10,106 nucleotides of DNA from Candidatus Thorarchaeota archaeon. Its GTDB lineage: Archaea; Asgardarchaeota; Thorarchaeia; Thorarchaeales; Thorarchaeaceae. The DNA lies in NCBI GenBank assembly GCA_011364985.1, contig RDOC01000018.1, positions 1-10,106 of the forward strand, written 5' to 3'. Under the pieces are notes generated by a model, which was not told where the DNA came from, made no database searches, and worked only from the letters and a program-made list of their open reading frames with translations. This document shows positions 7,075 through 10,106 of the stretch, piece after piece. Within the stretch, counting starts at the first letter, position 1. Each line of letters begins with the position of its first letter. A program made the translations under genes and the position numbers.

Positions 7075-8799
7075 TTACCAATCTCTATTTTGTGATGACT
7101 CATTGATCCGACGCTCATCTGCAGGTTCCAGAAACCTAGCTATCCGCTCGAGTCTTGTCTTGTATGATGTTGTATCGTAGGGGAGTGTATGGTGTTTATC
7201 TACCAAGATTTGGAGTGCTTCAGTGAATCTTGGACAGTGCTTAACCACCTTTGTGTCGGACTTGATTTCGGTTTTGTATTTCCAGTAAGCCAACAGAGTT
7301 GTGGGAATAAGTCCTACAATTAGGTATATGAAAAAGATGCGGCCCATCACAAGAAAGAAACCATCAAAACCAAGAAGAGCAAGTGATAGAAGCATACTAC
7401 CAAAGAGAAAGACGATTGCAAAGCCAACAAGGTCATAATTCACTCTGGTGTAGCGCTTCTCGATGTCCTTACGCCATATCTCTGATAGAATGAACGGGCC
7501 GGCAAGTTCCACATCGTTGATATCCCTGAGTACGTTAGGCATTATTGAGAAAAGTGCTTCTTCTTCGAGGCTGTCCTTGAGTCTACTCGCCACCAATCCG
7601 AATTCTTCACTATGGGGAAAACTGATTGCGATTACGGGAATCCGCCTGCCATTCAAGAAACGGTTTAGAAACGCTTGCACGTCGGTGGCAAATGGAATTT
7701 GAATGTCGTACTCAGTGGATCTTTGCCTACTAGGCTTAATGAGGAACCACATCGTGCTAATTGCGAATATTATTGCAAACACCACAACACCAACCACGGC
7801 TGACATCACCAATGCAAACGTAAGGAAAAGGGGATGATTTGAAAGAAATAGGAACATGATGGCGAAGATTGCAAAGGATGCCACGATTGCACCAGCTGCA
7901 CCTTTTTTCAGTGAGGACCGGCGCCCGCTAGGCCTCTCTTCCTCCGTTCTTCTGGTTTTTTCAATCATTTCGTCCGGTGCTGTAAGTCCGGATAGGACTT
8001 CCATCGTTGCCACAGTTGGGGGATATCCATAGAGGTCTTCCACCACCTGATCAATCTTGCTCACTGAACGTGTCTGTATATTGGGTATTGTAGCAACTGC
8101 TATGAGCACGATTATGATACCAAGGACTAGTACAACAGGACCTAACGAGAATGATATGTAAGACCAAATGCCGGCAAATGAAAGGCCCTCAACGAACGAA
8201 ATGAAAATGAATGCGAGTAGGGCAATTGCCACTCGGCTAAGCGGACTTAGTCGTTCAATAAGCATTATCTCTTTTGCGAGTAGAATCCTACCTTTGTCCT
8301 CTTTCTCAAGGATGTCTGCAATTGTGCTTTCAGAGAGAAGAATGGCCTTGAAAAGATGGTTGGCCGTGGATAGGAACACGCCCCTGTCTGTGTTGCGGTA
8401 CCAGAGCTCGATTCCTTCCCCCTTCCCAAGGTCCCTCTTAACGTTTTCAAATAGGGCCATGAGAGCCTGATCGGAAACGGCATTGCGAAATCTCTGTCTC
8501 TTGAGAAAGACGGCAAAGACGTGAAGCAATAGACCGGCGACTAATGTAACCATTAGCCATTGGAATATATCAAAGGTAATGCTCATGATGGACATAGCAG
8601 TATGCAGAACAATACCCCATACAAAACCGACAATATAGGTTCCCTCATAGGAAGCCCCAGAGAACAAGGGAATGCTTGATTGTGCGCCGGGTAAGGTTAG
8701 TTCGCTTTGTGGGCTCAATCTCCCTCTCCATGTTTTTCTAGGCTGTCGCGGGCTATAAGGGTGATGGATGTAGGGATTAATCAGGACTTCCTTCGGCAC
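7075..8799 (-). CDS. Polytopic membrane protein (about 8 TM) with two tandem degenerate M48/HtpX-like units
   Basis: 574-aa ORF with a repeated 2TM-soluble-2TM layout. The C-terminus EIKSD...PRFTEALQIL...RLERI resembles HtpX ExxAD...P..LASALxKL...RI.RL. No HExxH motif is present. The CDS is solid; the family call is inference. Confidence 0.7.
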   Translation of the reverse strand: MPKEVLINPYIHHPYSPRQPRKTWRGRLSPQSELTLPGAQSSIPLFSGASYEGTYIVGFVWGIVLHTAMSIMSITFDIFQWLMVTLVAGLLLHVFAVFLKRQRFRNAVSDQALMALFENVKRDLGKGEGIELWYRNTDRGVFLSTANHLFKAILLSESTIADILEKEDKGRILLAKEIMLIERLSPLSRVAIALLAFIFISFVEGLSFAGIWSYISFSLGPVVLVLGIIIVLIAVATIPNIQTRSVSKIDQVVEDLYGYPPTVATMEVLSGLTAPDEMIEKTRRTEEERPSGRRSSLKKGAAGAIVASFAIFAIMFLFLSNHPLFLTFALVMSAVVGVVVFAIIFAISTMWFLIKPSRQRSTEYDIQIPFATDVQAFLNRFLNGRRIPVIAISFPHSEEFGLVASRLKDSLEEEALFSIMPNVLRDINDVELAGPFILSEIWRKDIEKRYTRVNYDLVGFAIVFLFGSMLLSLALLGFDGFFLVMGRIFFIYLIVGLIPTTLLAYWKYKTEIKSDTKVVKHCPRFTEALQILVDKHHTLPYDTTSYKTRLERIARFLEPADERRINESSQNRDW

Positions 8800-8910
8800 G
8801 CAATCGGTCTTATACGAACGCTAGGATTAATCAAAGTCCTTCTGTTTGATTTCTTGGGCAGTTATTAGATAGCCGCGCCATACGAAGTGCGTTGAAGCGG
8901 GAAAGTCTCA

Positions 8911-9291
8911 TCACATTTTCTTTCTTGACAACTCCCAGTATCTCACGTACAAGTATGATAGAAAGAGGGCGAGCAGTATTACACCGTCAAGTTGACCCTT
9001 GGTCAATACCCAATCACGTACGACAAGCCCCTCGTAGTATCCCTCTTCCCACTCCACAGGAGGAGGGCCTACAGGTGTGACAATGTAATAAAGAACTGAA
9101 GGGAAAGTACTCATGACAAGCAAGAGGGTCGCGGCTAAAATAATGAGTAATTTGTTTCTCCCTTCTTGCGTACCCGATTTTGCCAATACGTAGAGAAAGG
9201 AAAGGAGTAAAACGATCTCGCCAATTGATGGCCATAAAAGGGGAGTCAGAGATACATCCAACTTGATAGCCCAAGGCAAATTTGTGGACAT
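8911..9291 (-). CDS. Hypothetical membrane protein (about 3 TM helices)
   Basis: 126-aa ATG-initiated ORF with three hydrophobic segments, a Pro/acidic loop (PVGPPPVEWEEGYYEG) and a basic tail. Confidence 0.65.
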   Translation of the reverse strand: MSTNLPWAIKLDVSLTPLLWPSIGEIVLLLSFLYVLAKSGTQEGRNKLLIILAATLLLVMSTFPSVLYYIVTPVGPPPVEWEEGYYEGLVVRDWVLTKGQLDGVILLALFLSYLYVRYWELSRKKM

Positions 9292-9438
9292 CTCTTATTA
9301 ATTCAATGATTCTCCAAATCAGCGAGTCCCCTTCATCTTCAGCTCATTTGGAGCTTGTTTCTGAAACTACATTATTCACTCACATTTGGATAGAAGTAAC
9401 GCCTCATACGAAGGAACTATAAGCAATGAAGGCCCCAA

Positions 9439-9465
9439 TTTATACTTAAAGACGAGTTTAAGTAA
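9439..9465 (+). promoter_or_regulatory. Candidate TATA boxes for the 9493 gene
   Basis: TTTATA at 9439 and TTTAAGTA at about 9457, which are 54 and 36 nt upstream of the ATG at 9493. Confidence 0.35.
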
Positions 9466-9492
9466 AATCTTCAGGTGGGATGCAGTATAGGG

Positions 9493-10106
9493 ATGGTTGG
9501 CGGAGATGCGTCAGAGCAAAGGGCAGTTGAGATGGAGAAAGTCCTCCACCCGAGCATCATCATTGTGTTATTTCCAGTAATCTGTATTTTTATGGCGGCT
9601 TTGTTTCTAACCACGCTGCCTTGGCTTATCGGTGCATACAACTATCTTAGGGGGATGTCTTCGCCAATCGATCAAGCCGTCTTAGCATTACTGGGTTCAG
9701 ACTCATCACGACTGGTTGTCTTGGCTTCGTGCATTATCGGAGTGATAATCGGTCTGTATCTATCTCACTTTGTAACAACAAAGCTTGATGTCTTAAAGAG
9801 AGAAGGAAAGGCTGAACTCGGCATGGGAATGTATATTGCTCTTTTTTCGTGGTGGATGTTTCCCCTATTTCCAGTGAGTACAATCTCTTCACTAGAGATG
9901 ATTATCTATGGAAGCCCCATGAGCCATTTCCTGAGTGATCTTGGCTACTTCATGATGGCGGGCTATTTTCTTGGCTATTCGATTCCTGTCTTGTGGAAAT
10001 ACGCCTTCCTCGCTCTCTATACAAGCTCGATTGACTCTCAGATCATACTAGTTGGACTCCCTAAGGGGAGTGGTTCTAAGAGGCGTTTCCAAAGCCTGAC
10101 TCTGAA
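9493..10106 (+). CDS. Hypothetical multi-pass membrane protein, 3'-truncated (absent from the ORF track)
   Basis: Hand translation is open from the ATG at 9493 (MVGGDASEQRAVEMEKVLHPSIIIVLFPVICIF...) to the window end, with about four hydrophobic segments. Alternative ATG at 9532. Confidence 0.75.
   Translation, partial: MVGGDASEQRAVEMEKVLHPSIIIVLFPVICIFMAALFLTTLPWLIGAYNYLRGMSSPIDQAVLALLGSDSSRLVVLASCIIGVIIGLYLSHFVTTKLDVLKREGKAELGMGMYIALFSWWMFPLFPVSTISSLEMIIYGSPMSHFLSDLGYFMMAGYFLGYSIPVLWKYAFLALYTSSIDSQIILVGLPKGSGSKRRFQSLTL

Noticed and set aside
185-9274. Short overlapping or antisense ORFs in the track (e.g. 185-538, 850-1140, 1286-1657, 2513-2698, 2811-3071, 3819-4073, 4929-5285, 8168-8470, 9014-9274)
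   Set aside because: Most are shadows of well-supported genes, and none has a recognisable motif.
1-10106. CRISPR array, tRNA/rRNA, IS element or defence operon
   Set aside because: I found no regularly spaced repeats, cloverleaf, terminal inverted repeats, transposase or nuclease motifs by eye.

Overview
A gene-dense prokaryotic window that looks archaeal (TATA-like boxes, few Shine-Dalgarno sites, many GTG/TTG starts; an Asgard/Thorarchaeia-like source is only my guess). It is a mosaic of mostly unlinked accessory genes: a partial HAD hydrolase, a class I SAM methyltransferase, an MscS channel, an HxlR-type regulator, a DinB-family protein, a standalone ATP-cone protein, an LLM oxidoreductase, an ICMT/Ste14-like membrane methyltransferase and several orphan membrane proteins. 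I see no rRNA, tRNA, CRISPR array or transposase. The most notable feature is a 574-aa protein (7075-8799, minus strand) that reads as two tandem HtpX/M48-like units, both lacking the HExxH zinc-binding histidines, i.e. a candidate double pseudoprotease. It lies tail-to-tail with the ICMT-like gene. Several intergenic gaps appear to hold decayed gene fragments (MarR-like, zinc-ribbon-like). All family calls come from motif recognition by eye; no searches were run.
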